Source of the DNA: an uncultured Clostridia bacterium
GTDB taxonomy: Bacteria > Bacillota > Clostridia > Christensenellales > Borkfalkiaceae
DNA length: 62,208 nucleotides
Direction of reading: 5' to 3'
Assembly (NCBI GenBank): GCA_944354725.1
Contig: CALVQA010000039.1
Span: 1-62,208, forward strand
Shown here: positions 45,712-55,152 of the stretch, in pieces
Layout: each line of letters begins with the position of its first letter
Numbering within the stretch: position 1 is the stretch's first letter
Translations under genes and position numbers: made by a program
Notes under the pieces: generated by a model
What the model was told of the DNA's origin: nothing
The model's input: the letters and a program-made list of their open reading frames with translations, nothing else
Database searches by the model: none

Positions 45712-46245
45712 ATGGAAATCGGCAGTAAAATCAAACGGATGAGGCAGCAGCTCAACCTTTCGCAGGCCGAACTCGCCGACAGATGCGAGCTCACCAAGGG
45801 CTATATCTCTCAGATAGAAAACGACATAACCTCCCCGTCGATCGCCACATTGTGCGATATCCTGGCGGCGCTCGGCACCGACCTCGCCGAGTTTTTTAAA
45901 AAGGAGGACGACGAGCGGGTGGTTTTCGGCGCGGACGACTTCATCGAAAAGCGCGACGACGGCATGACGCTCAAATGGATAATCCCGAACGCGCAGAAGA
46001 ACATGATGGAGCCGGTGATATTGGAATTGCTTCCCGGCGCCTCCTCTTCCGAGGACTTCCCCCACGACGGGGAGGAATTCGGGTTCGTGCTCGAAGGGAA
46101 AGTACGGATAACGCTGGGCAAAAAAGTTTACGTCTGCAAGCGCGGCGAAACTTTTTATTATAAAGCCAACACAACGCACTGTCTGAGCAATGCGGGAAAG
46201 ACGAGCGCAAAGGTCCTGTGGATCTCGGCGCCGCCTAATTTTTGA
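45712..46245 (+). CDS. XRE-family HTH regulator with a C-terminal cupin domain (PuuR-like architecture)
   Basis: The N-terminal HTH reads IKRMRQQLNLSQAELADRCELTKGYISQIEN. The C-terminal cupin-like strands read GEEFGFVLEGKV...G.....K.GE.FYY. The gene is immediately upstream of potA. Confidence 0.8.
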   Translation: MEIGSKIKRMRQQLNLSQAELADRCELTKGYISQIENDITSPSIATLCDILAALGTDLAEFFKKEDDERVVFGADDFIEKRDDGMTLKWIIPNAQKNMMEPVILELLPGASSSEDFPHDGEEFGFVLEGKVRITLGKKVYVCKRGETFYYKANTTHCLSNAGKTSAKVLWISAPPNF

Positions 46246-46263
46246 TCTTTAAGGAGAAAAGCA

Positions 46264-47613
46264 ATGAGCGACGCCAAAACCATAATCGAACTGAAAGACG
46301 TATGCAAATCTTTCGACGACACCGTTGCCGTCGAAAATTTCAACCTCACGGTGCAAAAGGGCGAATTCGTTACCTTCCTCGGCCCCTCGGGCTGCGGCAA
46401 GACGACGACGCTGAGGATGATCGCCGGGTTCGATCTGCCCACGTCGGGACAGATACTCTTAAACGGCGAGGACATAAGCAACCTTCCCCCCAACAAACGC
46501 CCCGTAAACACCGTTTTTCAGCGCTACGCCCTCTTCCCCCACCTGAACGTTTACGAAAACATAGCTTTCGGGCTGCGCCTTAAAAAGACGGAAGAAGAGT
46601 TTACCGACAAAAAAGGCGCAAAAGTCAAAAAACTCACGCGCCTCTCCCGCCGCGAGATAGACGAAAAAGTCAAGCACGTTTTGGACATCGTCGACCTCGA
46701 AGGCTTCGAAAAGCGCTCGGTAGCCACCCTGTCCGGCGGCCAGCAGCAGCGCGTGGCCATAGCAAGGGCGATAGTCAACGAACCCGAGATACTCCTTTTG
46801 GACGAACCTTTGGGCGCGCTCGACCTTAAAATGCGCAAAGAGATGCAGATAGAATTAAAGGAAATGCACAAGAGGCTGGGCATAACCTTTATCTACGTTA
46901 CGCACGATCAGGAAGAGGCGCTCACCATGAGTGACAAGATCGTTGTAATAAACGACGGCGAGATACAGCAGATAGGCACGCCGACCGACATATACAACGA
47001 GCCCGTGAACACATTCGTCGCCGACTTCATCGGCGAGAGCAACATATTCAACGGCATGATGACCGGCAAGCTTAAAGTCAAATTCTGCGGCACGGAATTC
47101 GATTGTCTCGACGACTACGAAATAAATCAGTACGTCGACGTCGTGGTGCGCCCCGAAGACATAAAGATATGCCGCCCCGGCGAAGGACAATTGAGCGGCA
47201 AGGTGCTCTCCACCGTATTCAAGGGCGTGCACTACGAAATAACCGTGGAAGTGGGCAGATTTGAAATAGTTATACAGTCCACCGGTTACGCGGCGCCCGA
47301 TTCCGTAATAGGCATGAGGATAGAGCCCGACGGCATCCATATCATGGAAAAGGTATACACCGAAAACAAATACGACGGCGTTATAACAAAAAACAACACG
47401 GTAAAGTTCGGCGACGGCGAATTCGAATGCGACGTAACGCAGCTCTATCCCGGCTCGCGCCTCGACGAAGAGGGCTATCTCATAACCGCTTCGGGCGAGA
47501 AACTCGATCTCACCGATACGGAAGTGACCGTCGAAGTAGGCTTCGGCGACATCACGATGAGCGACGAGAAGGACGCCGGCGGCGTTGAAGGCAGCATCAT
47601 CTCAATGATATAA
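46264..47613 (+). CDS. potA: Spermidine/putrescine ABC transporter ATP-binding protein, with an extra C-terminal TOBE-like extension cut short by an in-frame TAA
   Basis: Walker A GPSGCGKTT, signature LSGGQQQRVAIARA and Walker B LLLDEP are present. The first TOBE-like region reads GKVLSTVFKGVHYEITV. The ORF ends at the TAA at 47611-47613 in the middle of a second TOBE-like segment. Confidence 0.85.
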   Translation: MSDAKTIIELKDVCKSFDDTVAVENFNLTVQKGEFVTFLGPSGCGKTTTLRMIAGFDLPTSGQILLNGEDISNLPPNKRPVNTVFQRYALFPHLNVYENIAFGLRLKKTEEEFTDKKGAKVKKLTRLSRREIDEKVKHVLDIVDLEGFEKRSVATLSGGQQQRVAIARAIVNEPEILLLDEPLGALDLKMRKEMQIELKEMHKRLGITFIYVTHDQEEALTMSDKIVVINDGEIQQIGTPTDIYNEPVNTFVADFIGESNIFNGMMTGKLKVKFCGTEFDCLDDYEINQYVDVVVRPEDIKICRPGEGQLSGKVLSTVFKGVHYEITVEVGRFEIVIQSTGYAAPDSVIGMRIEPDGIHIMEKVYTENKYDGVITKNNTVKFGDGEFECDVTQLYPGSRLDEEGYLITASGEKLDLTDTEVTVEVGFGDITMSDEKDAGGVEGSIISMI

Positions 47614-47775
47614 AAGGGCGACCACTACCGCTATATCGTTAGGACTGAGGAAAACGAAGAGGACTACGTTCTCGCGTGCCCCGATCTCTGGAACATAGGC
47701 GACACGGTAAGCCTTATAATCCCGCCCGAAAAGCTGAAACTCTCGTTAAAACCTGCGGCAGGTGATAAGAAATGA
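47614..47775 (+). pseudogene. potA: In-frame 53-codon continuation of potA after the TAA (orphaned C-terminal TOBE-like tail)
   Basis: In the same frame as potA it reads KGDHYRYIVRTEENEEDYVLACPDLWNIGDTVSLIIPPEKLKLSLKPAAGDKK. Its TGA overlaps the potB ATG (ATGA). It has no start codon of its own. Confidence 0.55.
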
Positions 47776-48578
47776 CCAAGACTTTTAAACTGCGTTTCAA
47801 CAGAAAGCAGTTGTGCATACCGTACGCCGCGTTTCTGATATTGTTCGTGATATGCCCGCTGCTCGTTATAGTATATTACGCGTTCACCAACAGGACGGGG
47901 CAGTTCACGTTCGACAATCTCGTTCTGTTCTTTACCAACGGCAACACTCTGGGCACGCTGCTGTACAGCCTGGCGATAGCCGCGGCCACCACCGCCGTCT
48001 GCCTCGTCATAGCATATCCTGTGGCATACATCCTTTCGAGGAGCAAATTCAGAAAGAAATATGTGCTTTTGATGCTCTTCGTGTTGCCGATGTGGATAAA
48101 CTTCACGCTCAGGATAACCGCGCTGAAAGAGATACTGACGGCAATAGAGGCCAACATCTCCGCATACCCCTTCCTCAACACCGTGATAGGCATGAGCTAC
48201 GACTTTTTGCCCTTTATGATACTGCCGCTGTACACGTCGCTATCCAAGCTCGACAACAGCCTGACGGAGGCGGCCGCCGACCTCGGTGCAAACAATTTTA
48301 CCGTGTTCATGAGAGTGATACTGCCCCTCTCGGTGCCCGGCATAATTTCGGGCGTGACGATGGTGCTGCTTCCCTCCATGACCAACTACGTAGTGCTGGA
48401 CATGCTGTATAACAGCACCTATATCATGGGCAGCCTGATAGGCAGCTACTTTTCGCACTTCGACTGGAACAACGGCTCGATGATATCGCTGATCCTGCTT
48501 ATCATCATATTCGTGATCACTCTGGCGACAAACCGCTTCAGCGACAACAACGAGACCGCAGGGAGGAACATATTGTGA
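47772..48578 (+). CDS. potB: Spermidine/putrescine ABC transporter permease
   Basis: It is a six-TM ABC permease with an EAA-like loop (LTEAAADLGAN.FTVF..V.LP). Confidence 0.9.
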   Translation: MTKTFKLRFNRKQLCIPYAAFLILFVICPLLVIVYYAFTNRTGQFTFDNLVLFFTNGNTLGTLLYSLAIAAATTAVCLVIAYPVAYILSRSKFRKKYVLLMLFVLPMWINFTLRITALKEILTAIEANISAYPFLNTVIGMSYDFLPFMILPLYTSLSKLDNSLTEAAADLGANNFTVFMRVILPLSVPGIISGVTMVLLPSMTNYVVLDMLYNSTYIMGSLIGSYFSHFDWNNGSMISLILLIIIFVITLATNRFSDNNETAGRNIL

Positions 48579-49387
48579 AAACGGCAAAAAAGATATTAAG
48601 CGTGGCGTGGCTCGCGCTGATACTGGCGTTCATATACGTCCCCATACTGCTGCTCGCGGTATACTCGTTTACCGACGCGACTATGGTCGGAGGAGCCATA
48701 GACGGGATATCGTTCAAAAACTATATAACGCTGTTCGAAAACGAAGAACTGCGCGGCATGATATTAGGCACGATAGCGCTCGCGCTCGGTTCCGCCCTGA
48801 TATCCGCGATACTCGGCACATTGGGAGCGATAGGCGCCTTCTACTCCAAAAAAACGGCAAAACACCTCATCAACTACGCAAATCAGATACCCGTCGTAAA
48901 CGCCGACGTGGTCACGGGCTTTTCGCTGTGCGTGCTCCTTATAGTGCTGCTGAAAATAGGGAAAGACACCTTCGTTCCCCTCGTCCTGGGACATGTGGTA
49001 TTGTGCACGCCGTTCGTGTTCCTCTCGGTAATGCCGCGCCTTAAACAGATGGACAACAACCTATACGAAGCCGCGCTCGACCTCGGCGCGACCCCCGCAC
49101 AGGCGCTCATGAAAGTGGTCATCCCTCAGCTGCTCCCCGGCATCCTTTCGGGATTCATGCTTGCGGTGACCCTCTCCCTCGACGATTACTTTATAACGAC
49201 TTACACCAAGCCCTCCACGTTCGACACCATAAGCACTTACGTGGTAAACGCGACCAAGGGCGGGCAAACAGACATCAAAACGGCGCTATGGGCGCTGTCA
49301 ACGATAATATTCGTGATAGTAGTCGCCGCGGTGGTACTTATGAACGTACTCTCCGGGAAAAAGAAGAAAACGGAGGAACGAGTATGA
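48575..49387 (+). CDS. potC: Spermidine/putrescine ABC transporter permease
   Basis: The EAA loop reads LYEAALDLGATPAQALMKVV.P. The GTG start has GGGAGG upstream and overlaps the potB stop (GTGA). Confidence 0.9.
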   Translation: MKTAKKILSVAWLALILAFIYVPILLLAVYSFTDATMVGGAIDGISFKNYITLFENEELRGMILGTIALALGSALISAILGTLGAIGAFYSKKTAKHLINYANQIPVVNADVVTGFSLCVLLIVLLKIGKDTFVPLVLGHVVLCTPFVFLSVMPRLKQMDNNLYEAALDLGATPAQALMKVVIPQLLPGILSGFMLAVTLSLDDYFITTYTKPSTFDTISTYVVNATKGGQTDIKTALWALSTIIFVIVVAAVVLMNVLSGKKKKTEERV

Positions 49388-51006
49388 AAAAGAAGAGGAT
49401 AGCGGCCGTTGCCGCGGCATGTTTTATGGCAACTCCCGTTGCCGCGCTCGTCGGCTGCGCGGAGACGGACGAAACGGTAGTGCTCCGCGTATCGAACTGG
49501 GAGGAATACATCGACCTCGGCGATTGGGACGACGAAGAAGCCATCGACATAGAAAACCCCTACACCGGCGAAGACAGCATAATAGGCGAAAACAGCGTCA
49601 TCGACGACTTCACCGAATGGTTCAACTCGCAAGATTACGGCTTTGACGTGCGCGTCGAATACTCCACCTTCGGCACAAACGAGGACTTGTACAATCAGCT
49701 CAACCTGGGCGACGTTTACGACCTTGTATGTCCTTCGGAATACATGATAATGAAGCTGCTGAACGAAGGTAAAATACAGCCCTATTCCGAGGGATTTTCC
49801 GACCAGTCCAAAGAGACGAACTACTACGTAAACAACGTTTCGCGCTATATCGACGGCGCCGAAGGCAGCATATTTTACGAAAACGAATGGAACGGCATAG
49901 CCGCCTGCTACATGTGGGGCACGACGGGCTTTGTTTTCAACCCAGAGCTCGTCGACGAAGACCTCGACGACGTTTCGGCATGCGACATCCTCATTAACGA
50001 AGATTACTACAAGTCGGTAACGGTGAAAGACAACGTGCGCGACGCGTATTTTGCAGCCCTTTCGGTACTGTTCGAAGACAGGCTGAACGAGATAAACGCC
50101 GATACGGCCATGAGCGAAGAGCAGAAGGCCGAAGAACGAAGCGATCTTTTGAACAGCACCGACGAAGACACCGTGCGCGCCGCGGAAGAGCTCCTGAAAA
50201 AGGTGAAGGAAAACGTATATTCCTTTGAAACGGACAGCGGCAAAACCGACATGGTGACCGGCAAGGTGAAAGCAAATTATCAGTGGTCGGGCGACGCCGT
50301 TTATATCATGGATCAGGCCGACGAGGACGAAACCGAACTTTGGTATTCGGTCCCGGAAGAGGGCACCAACCTGTGGTTCGACGGCTGGGTGATGCTCAAA
50401 GACGGCATAGCAGGAAACGAGCAGAAACAGACTGCCGCCGAAGCGTTCGTGAACTTCCTCTCCCGTCCCGACATTGCCGTGCGCAACATGTATTATATAG
50501 GTTACACCTCCTCTATCGCCGCCGACGAGGTATTCAATTACTTCGACTGGTGCTACGGCGCCGTAACAGACGAGGACAGCGAAGACTACTACGAATTCGA
50601 CAACATATATGTATACGACGTGAGCTACTTTTTCGGCGATGACAGCTATATCTATATCGACATGGATTCTCTCAACGTGGAAGGCGCTCGGCTCACGCAC
50701 GACTACGACGACGATGAGTATGTGGCCGGCTATCCCGTTTACAGCGGCGGCACGATAAGCATAGGCAGGCAGGCCTTCGGTCAGTATCCCACGCAGGACG
50801 TTATCGCGCGGAGCGTCGTGATGCGCGACTTCGGCGACGATCTTGCCGACATAAATCAGATGTGGATAAACGTGCGCTGCCTTAACGTGACGGATATAAA
50901 CATCAACGTCGTGATCGCCGTAACGTCTATCGTAGTGATAATGGCGACGGCAATAATTTTATATCGCTTCAGGTTCAACATATTTTACAACAGAAAGAGA
51001 AAGTGA
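49384..51006 (+). CDS. potD: PotD-like polyamine-binding lipoprotein, enlarged (540 aa) and carrying an extra C-terminal TM helix
   Basis: The ATG at 49384 overlaps the potC stop. The signal peptide carries the lipobox LVGC. PotD-like segments are present (VSNWEEYI, LVCPSEYM, WGTTGFVFN). The C-terminal hydrophobic segment VVIAVTSIVVIMATAIILY is followed by a basic tail. Confidence 0.8.
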   Translation: MKKKRIAAVAAACFMATPVAALVGCAETDETVVLRVSNWEEYIDLGDWDDEEAIDIENPYTGEDSIIGENSVIDDFTEWFNSQDYGFDVRVEYSTFGTNEDLYNQLNLGDVYDLVCPSEYMIMKLLNEGKIQPYSEGFSDQSKETNYYVNNVSRYIDGAEGSIFYENEWNGIAACYMWGTTGFVFNPELVDEDLDDVSACDILINEDYYKSVTVKDNVRDAYFAALSVLFEDRLNEINADTAMSEEQKAEERSDLLNSTDEDTVRAAEELLKKVKENVYSFETDSGKTDMVTGKVKANYQWSGDAVYIMDQADEDETELWYSVPEEGTNLWFDGWVMLKDGIAGNEQKQTAAEAFVNFLSRPDIAVRNMYYIGYTSSIAADEVFNYFDWCYGAVTDEDSEDYYEFDNIYVYDVSYFFGDDSYIYIDMDSLNVEGARLTHDYDDDEYVAGYPVYSGGTISIGRQAFGQYPTQDVIARSVVMRDFGDDLADINQMWINVRCLNVTDININVVIAVTSIVVIMATAIILYRFRFNIFYNRKRK

Positions 51007-51295
51007 CCACCGCTTTATGCGCGGCTCCGAGGCGCAGCCCTCTGAGCCGCGCACAGAGGCGACGGCCCTTGAATTATAGGCTAATTTATAAATCGACGTT
51101 AAAATCGTTTGATTTTTTCGATGATTTAATGTATTATATTTGCGTTGCAGGGAAAAGCGCCGCCAAGATCGAATAATTCGATCGCAGCCGCGCGTTCAAA
51201 GACTTGCAAGGCGCACTCCCCCGCTTGCCGCCGCGTCGTCTTTCCCGCTCAGCACGTTCTTCCGCAAAACATGCGCGTCGGCGCAAACAGAATAC

Positions 51296-51370
51296 GCTTC
51301 CGTAGTTAAATGGATATAACAGCCCCCTCCTAAGGGGCCGTTGTGGGTTCGATTCCCGCCGGGAGTACCA
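51296..51370 (+). tRNA. tRNA-Arg (anticodon CCT)
   Basis: I folded the cloverleaf manually. The acceptor is GCTTCCG/CGGGAGT with two G-U pairs. The anticodon stem is GCCCC/GGGGC with loop CTCCTAA. The T-arm is GTGGG-TTCGATT-CCCGC. CCA is encoded. Confidence 0.85.
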
Positions 51371-51373
51371 AAA

Positions 51374-51412
51374 ACACCTCTTCGCTTTGACTTAAGCGAA
51401 GAGGTGTTTTGT
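51374..51412 (+). terminator. Terminator after tRNA-Arg
   Basis: The stem cacctcttcgctt...aagcgaagaggtg is followed by ttttgtt. Confidence 0.7.
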
Positions 51413-51416
51413 TATG

Positions 51417-51462
51417 CAAAAATACAAACGGCAGCCGCACGGGCACACACGAACGGCTGCCG
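51417..51462 (-). terminator. Terminator after the GNAT gene
   Basis: The minus-strand stem CGGCAGCCG-N16-CGGCUGCCG is followed by UUUGUAUUUUU. Confidence 0.45.
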
Positions 51463-51513
51463 CAAATGTCTGCCATACATATATTATGTATGACATAGTA
51501 CATCGCATCATAT

Positions 51514-52086
51514 CTAAATAGCTTTGAACGGCACCGGCCGAGGCGGATTTTTTATGTGTGAGCCTATAACTTTTTCCATCCACACCATATCGTACCACCG
51601 GCCGAACTTATTGCCGCAATTCTCAAATTTTCCGACCGTTCTGAACCCCGTCTTTTTATGAAATTCAACGCTGCCGAACGTGAGATACTCGTCCTCCCTC
51701 TTCGGACAGGCTATGCAGGCATACATGTTAACTATTCCCTGCGACCTCAACGCCCGTTCGAGAGCGGCATAAAGTTTGCGCCCCGTACCGCGGGCGACGC
51801 AGCCGGGCGCAACGTATATCGTAGTTTCGACGGCCCAATCGTACGCCGAGCGGTCCTTGAATTTCCCCGCATAGGCATAACCTGCGACCTCCCCGTGCAA
51901 AACCGCGACGAAGCAGGGATAAAACGCGGTCACCTTGCGTATCCTCTCCGAAAACTCCTCGTCCGACGGCGCCTCGTCCTCAAACGTTACCGCCGTGTTT
52001 TTTACATAATAGGCATATATACGATTCAGGCCGCGCAAATCGCTTTCGCGCACGGCACGTATCTCCGTTTTGCTGCCGCTATCCAT
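51514..52086 (-). CDS. GNAT-family N-acetyltransferase (phosphinothricin/methionine-sulfoximine acetyltransferase-like)
   Basis: IR.....D...L..IY..YV..T..TFE...P...E and GYAYAG.F..R.AY....E.TIYV......G.G..LY..L are typical of the PAT subfamily. The ATG at 52086 is chosen. The track start is TTG. Confidence 0.75.
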   Translation of the reverse strand: MDSGSKTEIRAVRESDLRGLNRIYAYYVKNTAVTFEDEAPSDEEFSERIRKVTAFYPCFVAVLHGEVAGYAYAGKFKDRSAYDWAVETTIYVAPGCVARGTGRKLYAALERALRSQGIVNMYACIACPKREDEYLTFGSVEFHKKTGFRTVGKFENCGNKFGRWYDMVWMEKVIGSHIKNPPRPVPFKAI

Positions 52087-52151
52087 TTTTCCGCTCCCTT
52101 TCACATCATACAAAATGCGGCCGCAAACGCGGCGGCCGCACCTTTGCTTTA

Positions 52152-54392
52152 TTAGTTTACCTTTTGCACATACGTCACGTCGCCGCCGTAAAAATCGACG
52201 TCGGCAAAATAGTCGTTGAGCAATACGGCATCGAGTATGGTTTGCTTATCGTAATAATCGACGGCGCTGTACAAAAAGCGCATTTCACGCCTTCCGAACC
52301 CCTCGTCGCGATAGGTCTCGTCGAAATCGTAAATATCCCACTCCCTGCCGTTTTTAACGTACAGGTGTATGGTCGAAAAATAGATGTCGTCGATAAAGAT
52401 ACCCGATTCGTGACTGACGAACACCGTCTCCTCTTCCGAAAACATGCTGGTCCCGTGATAGAGATTGCGATTGTAGCTGAAGCCGCAAAGATGAAGTATG
52501 GTGGGCAGGATATCGTATGTGTTGCAGAATTTTGTTATTTTTCCGCTCCTGAGAACGCCGTCCCCCGGAGAAACATAGTCGACGGCCGAGTAGCCCTCTA
52601 TATCGAGCGCCTCCGCCTTGAGATCCATGCTTCCGCCGTACCACATGAAGCAGGGCACGGCATACAGGTCGGTATTGTAGAACTGCTTGTTGTCTATGCC
52701 CTTCATGATATAGTTCATCTGGTCGTAATATGCGGAATGGTCGGCATAAAACATAAAAAACGTATCTTTCAGTTCGCCGCTCGCCGCAAGGTCGGTTACA
52801 AGCATATTTATTCCGTAATCGAGGTCCATGATGCCGGCCTGATAACGCTTGTATCGCAGGAACATCTCGGAATACTTGCCCTGCTCCTCCAGATAACTTT
52901 CGTTTATGCCGCCCGTGCCTTCAACAAACGTCGAAGGGAACCTGTCGATGAGCCCGTAATAGTCCTCCAACCCCTTCACCTGGCACTTTCGGGAAAATTC
53001 AGCCGTTTCCTCCTCGTCCATCTCCCCCGAAGACACCTCGCCGACTGCCTCGGGAGTGGTTTCGAAAGGATAGTTGCCGTAATCTAAAAGGTCGGTATAC
53101 CTGCCGTGCGAGATCAGCGTCATCATCTGCGTAAAGAACGGCCCGTCGTCTTCGGAGCAGGTAAATTCAGGCAGATAATATTTGAACACATCGGAATCTT
53201 TATCGAAGTCGTAAAAGCCCTCTTTGTTCTCGTAGCCGTCCAAAAGGGGCATATCCTCTAAAAAGTGAGTGTTATCGAAGCCGTAGAGACTTTCGAACAC
53301 CTCGTCGCGGCCGTAATACCCGCCGTCGTTGATATGAAAATAGTTCGACGTGTATCCGTCTTTCCCGAGGATGTTGGCAAGAGTGTAAGGCATGGCGTTG
53401 CCCGACACGCCTTCGGGTTCGAGAGCGGTCACCGACGGATAGCTGCCCATTATTGAGAGCGCCTCCGAGCAATTCGTCTTATCGCGCGCATGATAATCTA
53501 TCGCGGCTATACCGCCTTCGGCCATGGCATACAGCGTGGGCGTATATTCCTTGTTTATCGCATACCATTCACCCGATTCTATGGTTATGAGCACGATGTT
53601 TTTACCGTCGATGGCGCCGGTATAGATATTGTCGCCGTACACGCTTTCGCTCATCTGCCCTTCGGCAAAATAACTGTCGATATCGGATACGTTCACCTCG
53701 TCCACATAGGTGTTCCCGCTCATGGAATTATAGATGTTCACCATAAAATAGCCGAACGTTCCGAACTCGTAAAAGGCCTTTACGGTAAAAAACTGCTCGG
53801 TATACAGCTCCTCTTCGTCATAAAAGATACTTAGCCTGTCGTAAGTTTCGTCCTTTTCAAATGCGGAAAAGCTCTCTATCGTTACCATATATAAAATTCC
53901 GGCACAACAATTCGCAAGTATGAACGCCACTATCATTATACATATGGCATTGCGCGAATACAATCCTTTCGGGACCGGATAACGCAACGCAAACACGATC
54001 AGGCCGGCCAAAGATCCGCCGAAAATCAGCACGAACGCGACTATCAGCCACCAGTTAAGAAAGCTGGCGTCCATAACGCCCGTGACCTCGTTCACAAGGT
54101 TGAGCATGCTGAAACTGAACACCGTGCCGCTCATGGAATACAGCGCCTCGTTGGCGATGGACAGTATTATCTGCAAAGTAAGTATTGCGCCGATGACTAT
54201 AAGCTGCGCTATCCTGCTCGGGATTATAAAAATCAGGAACGCGATTATACAGATGATAGCTATATCCAGCCCGAAATAGCGCGGCACAGCGCGGCCCAAC
54301 CCCATGGCAAGAAACGTTATTATTTCGAACAACAGAGCGAGCACAATATAACTTACGGCAAAAACCGTTTTTTGAACGAGCAAACGCTTCAT
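52152..54392 (-). CDS. LTA-synthase-family (sulfatase-fold) polytopic membrane protein
   Basis: It has five or more N-terminal TM helices and an extracellular alkaline-phosphatase/sulfatase-like domain (NIVLITIESGEWY, ARDKTNCSEALSIMGS). The ATG is at 54392. Confidence 0.7.
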   Translation of the reverse strand: MKRLLVQKTVFAVSYIVLALLFEIITFLAMGLGRAVPRYFGLDIAIICIIAFLIFIIPSRIAQLIVIGAILTLQIILSIANEALYSMSGTVFSFSMLNLVNEVTGVMDASFLNWWLIVAFVLIFGGSLAGLIVFALRYPVPKGLYSRNAICIMIVAFILANCCAGILYMVTIESFSAFEKDETYDRLSIFYDEEELYTEQFFTVKAFYEFGTFGYFMVNIYNSMSGNTYVDEVNVSDIDSYFAEGQMSESVYGDNIYTGAIDGKNIVLITIESGEWYAINKEYTPTLYAMAEGGIAAIDYHARDKTNCSEALSIMGSYPSVTALEPEGVSGNAMPYTLANILGKDGYTSNYFHINDGGYYGRDEVFESLYGFDNTHFLEDMPLLDGYENKEGFYDFDKDSDVFKYYLPEFTCSEDDGPFFTQMMTLISHGRYTDLLDYGNYPFETTPEAVGEVSSGEMDEEETAEFSRKCQVKGLEDYYGLIDRFPSTFVEGTGGINESYLEEQGKYSEMFLRYKRYQAGIMDLDYGINMLVTDLAASGELKDTFFMFYADHSAYYDQMNYIMKGIDNKQFYNTDLYAVPCFMWYGGSMDLKAEALDIEGYSAVDYVSPGDGVLRSGKITKFCNTYDILPTILHLCGFSYNRNLYHGTSMFSEEETVFVSHESGIFIDDIYFSTIHLYVKNGREWDIYDFDETYRDEGFGRREMRFLYSAVDYYDKQTILDAVLLNDYFADVDFYGGDVTYVQKVN

Positions 54393-54527
54393 TATATCCT
54401 TTTTTTTCTCCTCGTTCGCAGCAAGGCGCGACTCATTGGTAAATATAAAAAGTATTCCGGTCAGCATTTTCGGGACGGGCATGCGACCCCGCCCCGAAAA
54501 ACGGCCGGAACACAGATAAAAACAACC

Positions 54528-55133
54528 TTATTTCTTTGCGGTGTCGCCTTCGGTATTTTCGCCCTTGGCGTTTTCGGCGAGCAGGTTCCTTATTTCGGTG
54601 AGCAACTCCTCCACCGTGGGTTTTGCCGGCGCGGCGGGTGCGGGAGCGTGATCGGAAGCATACTGCTCTTCGGCCTTAGCCTGAGCTTCCTCGGCGGAAA
54701 CGCCCTGCTTTATGAATTTCTTCTTTAACTTTCTTATCTCTTTATCCTTTTGCGCCTGTTTGTTGAACTTGTTGCCCGCGTCGCGTACGGTATTTATTAT
54801 TTTAACTATGGCAAACACAACTATCGCTATAAGGATAAAGTCTAAAATCGCCTGTATAAACGTGCCCCAATTGATGATGAGCGAATTTGCCGTATCCAAA
54901 ATCTTGTTGCCGTCGGCATCCACCGTGTACACTTCTTTGAGTATCGTGCACAGCGAAGTGATGTCTCCGTCGCCGACAGCCAGATTTATGAGCGGCATTA
55001 TGATGTCGTTCGTGAGGCTGGTGACGATTGCCGTGAATGCGGCGCCGATAACAACGCCTACGGCAAGGTCGAGCACGTTGCCTCTGGTAATGAACTTTTT
55101 GAATTCATTCCAGATGTTTTTTAAACCTTTCAT
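54528..55133 (-). CDS. mscL: Large-conductance mechanosensitive channel with a ~60-aa charged C-terminal extension
   Basis: The N-terminus EFKKFI.RGNVLDLAVGVVIGAAFTAIV.SL..DIIMPLI is the MscL signature. The length is 201 aa, against my recollection of about 130-150 for typical MscL. An AGAGGAGAAG RBS lies 19 nt after the upstream stop. Confidence 0.85.
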   Translation of the reverse strand: MKGLKNIWNEFKKFITRGNVLDLAVGVVIGAAFTAIVTSLTNDIIMPLINLAVGDGDITSLCTILKEVYTVDADGNKILDTANSLIINWGTFIQAILDFILIAIVVFAIVKIINTVRDAGNKFNKQAQKDKEIRKLKKKFIKQGVSAEEAQAKAEEQYASDHAPAPAAPAKPTVEELLTEIRNLLAENAKGENTEGDTAKK

Positions 55134-55152
55134 ACTTCTCCTCTGTAAAAAT

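Noticed and set aside
45643-46179. 178-aa minus-strand ORF overlapping the XRE/cupin regulator gene.
   Set aside because: It is antisense to a gene with a clear HTH plus cupin sequence and a consensus promoter and RBS. The product has no recognisable motif.
47611-47613. TAA reassigned to a sense codon (alternative genetic code) as an explanation for the open potA tail.
   Set aside because: TAA clearly terminates other well-defined genes in the window at the expected protein ends. Examples are argG (4794-4796), murI (44190-44192) and the 825-aa gene (10892-10894), several followed by terminators. A single nonsense change or sequencing error is far more parsimonious.
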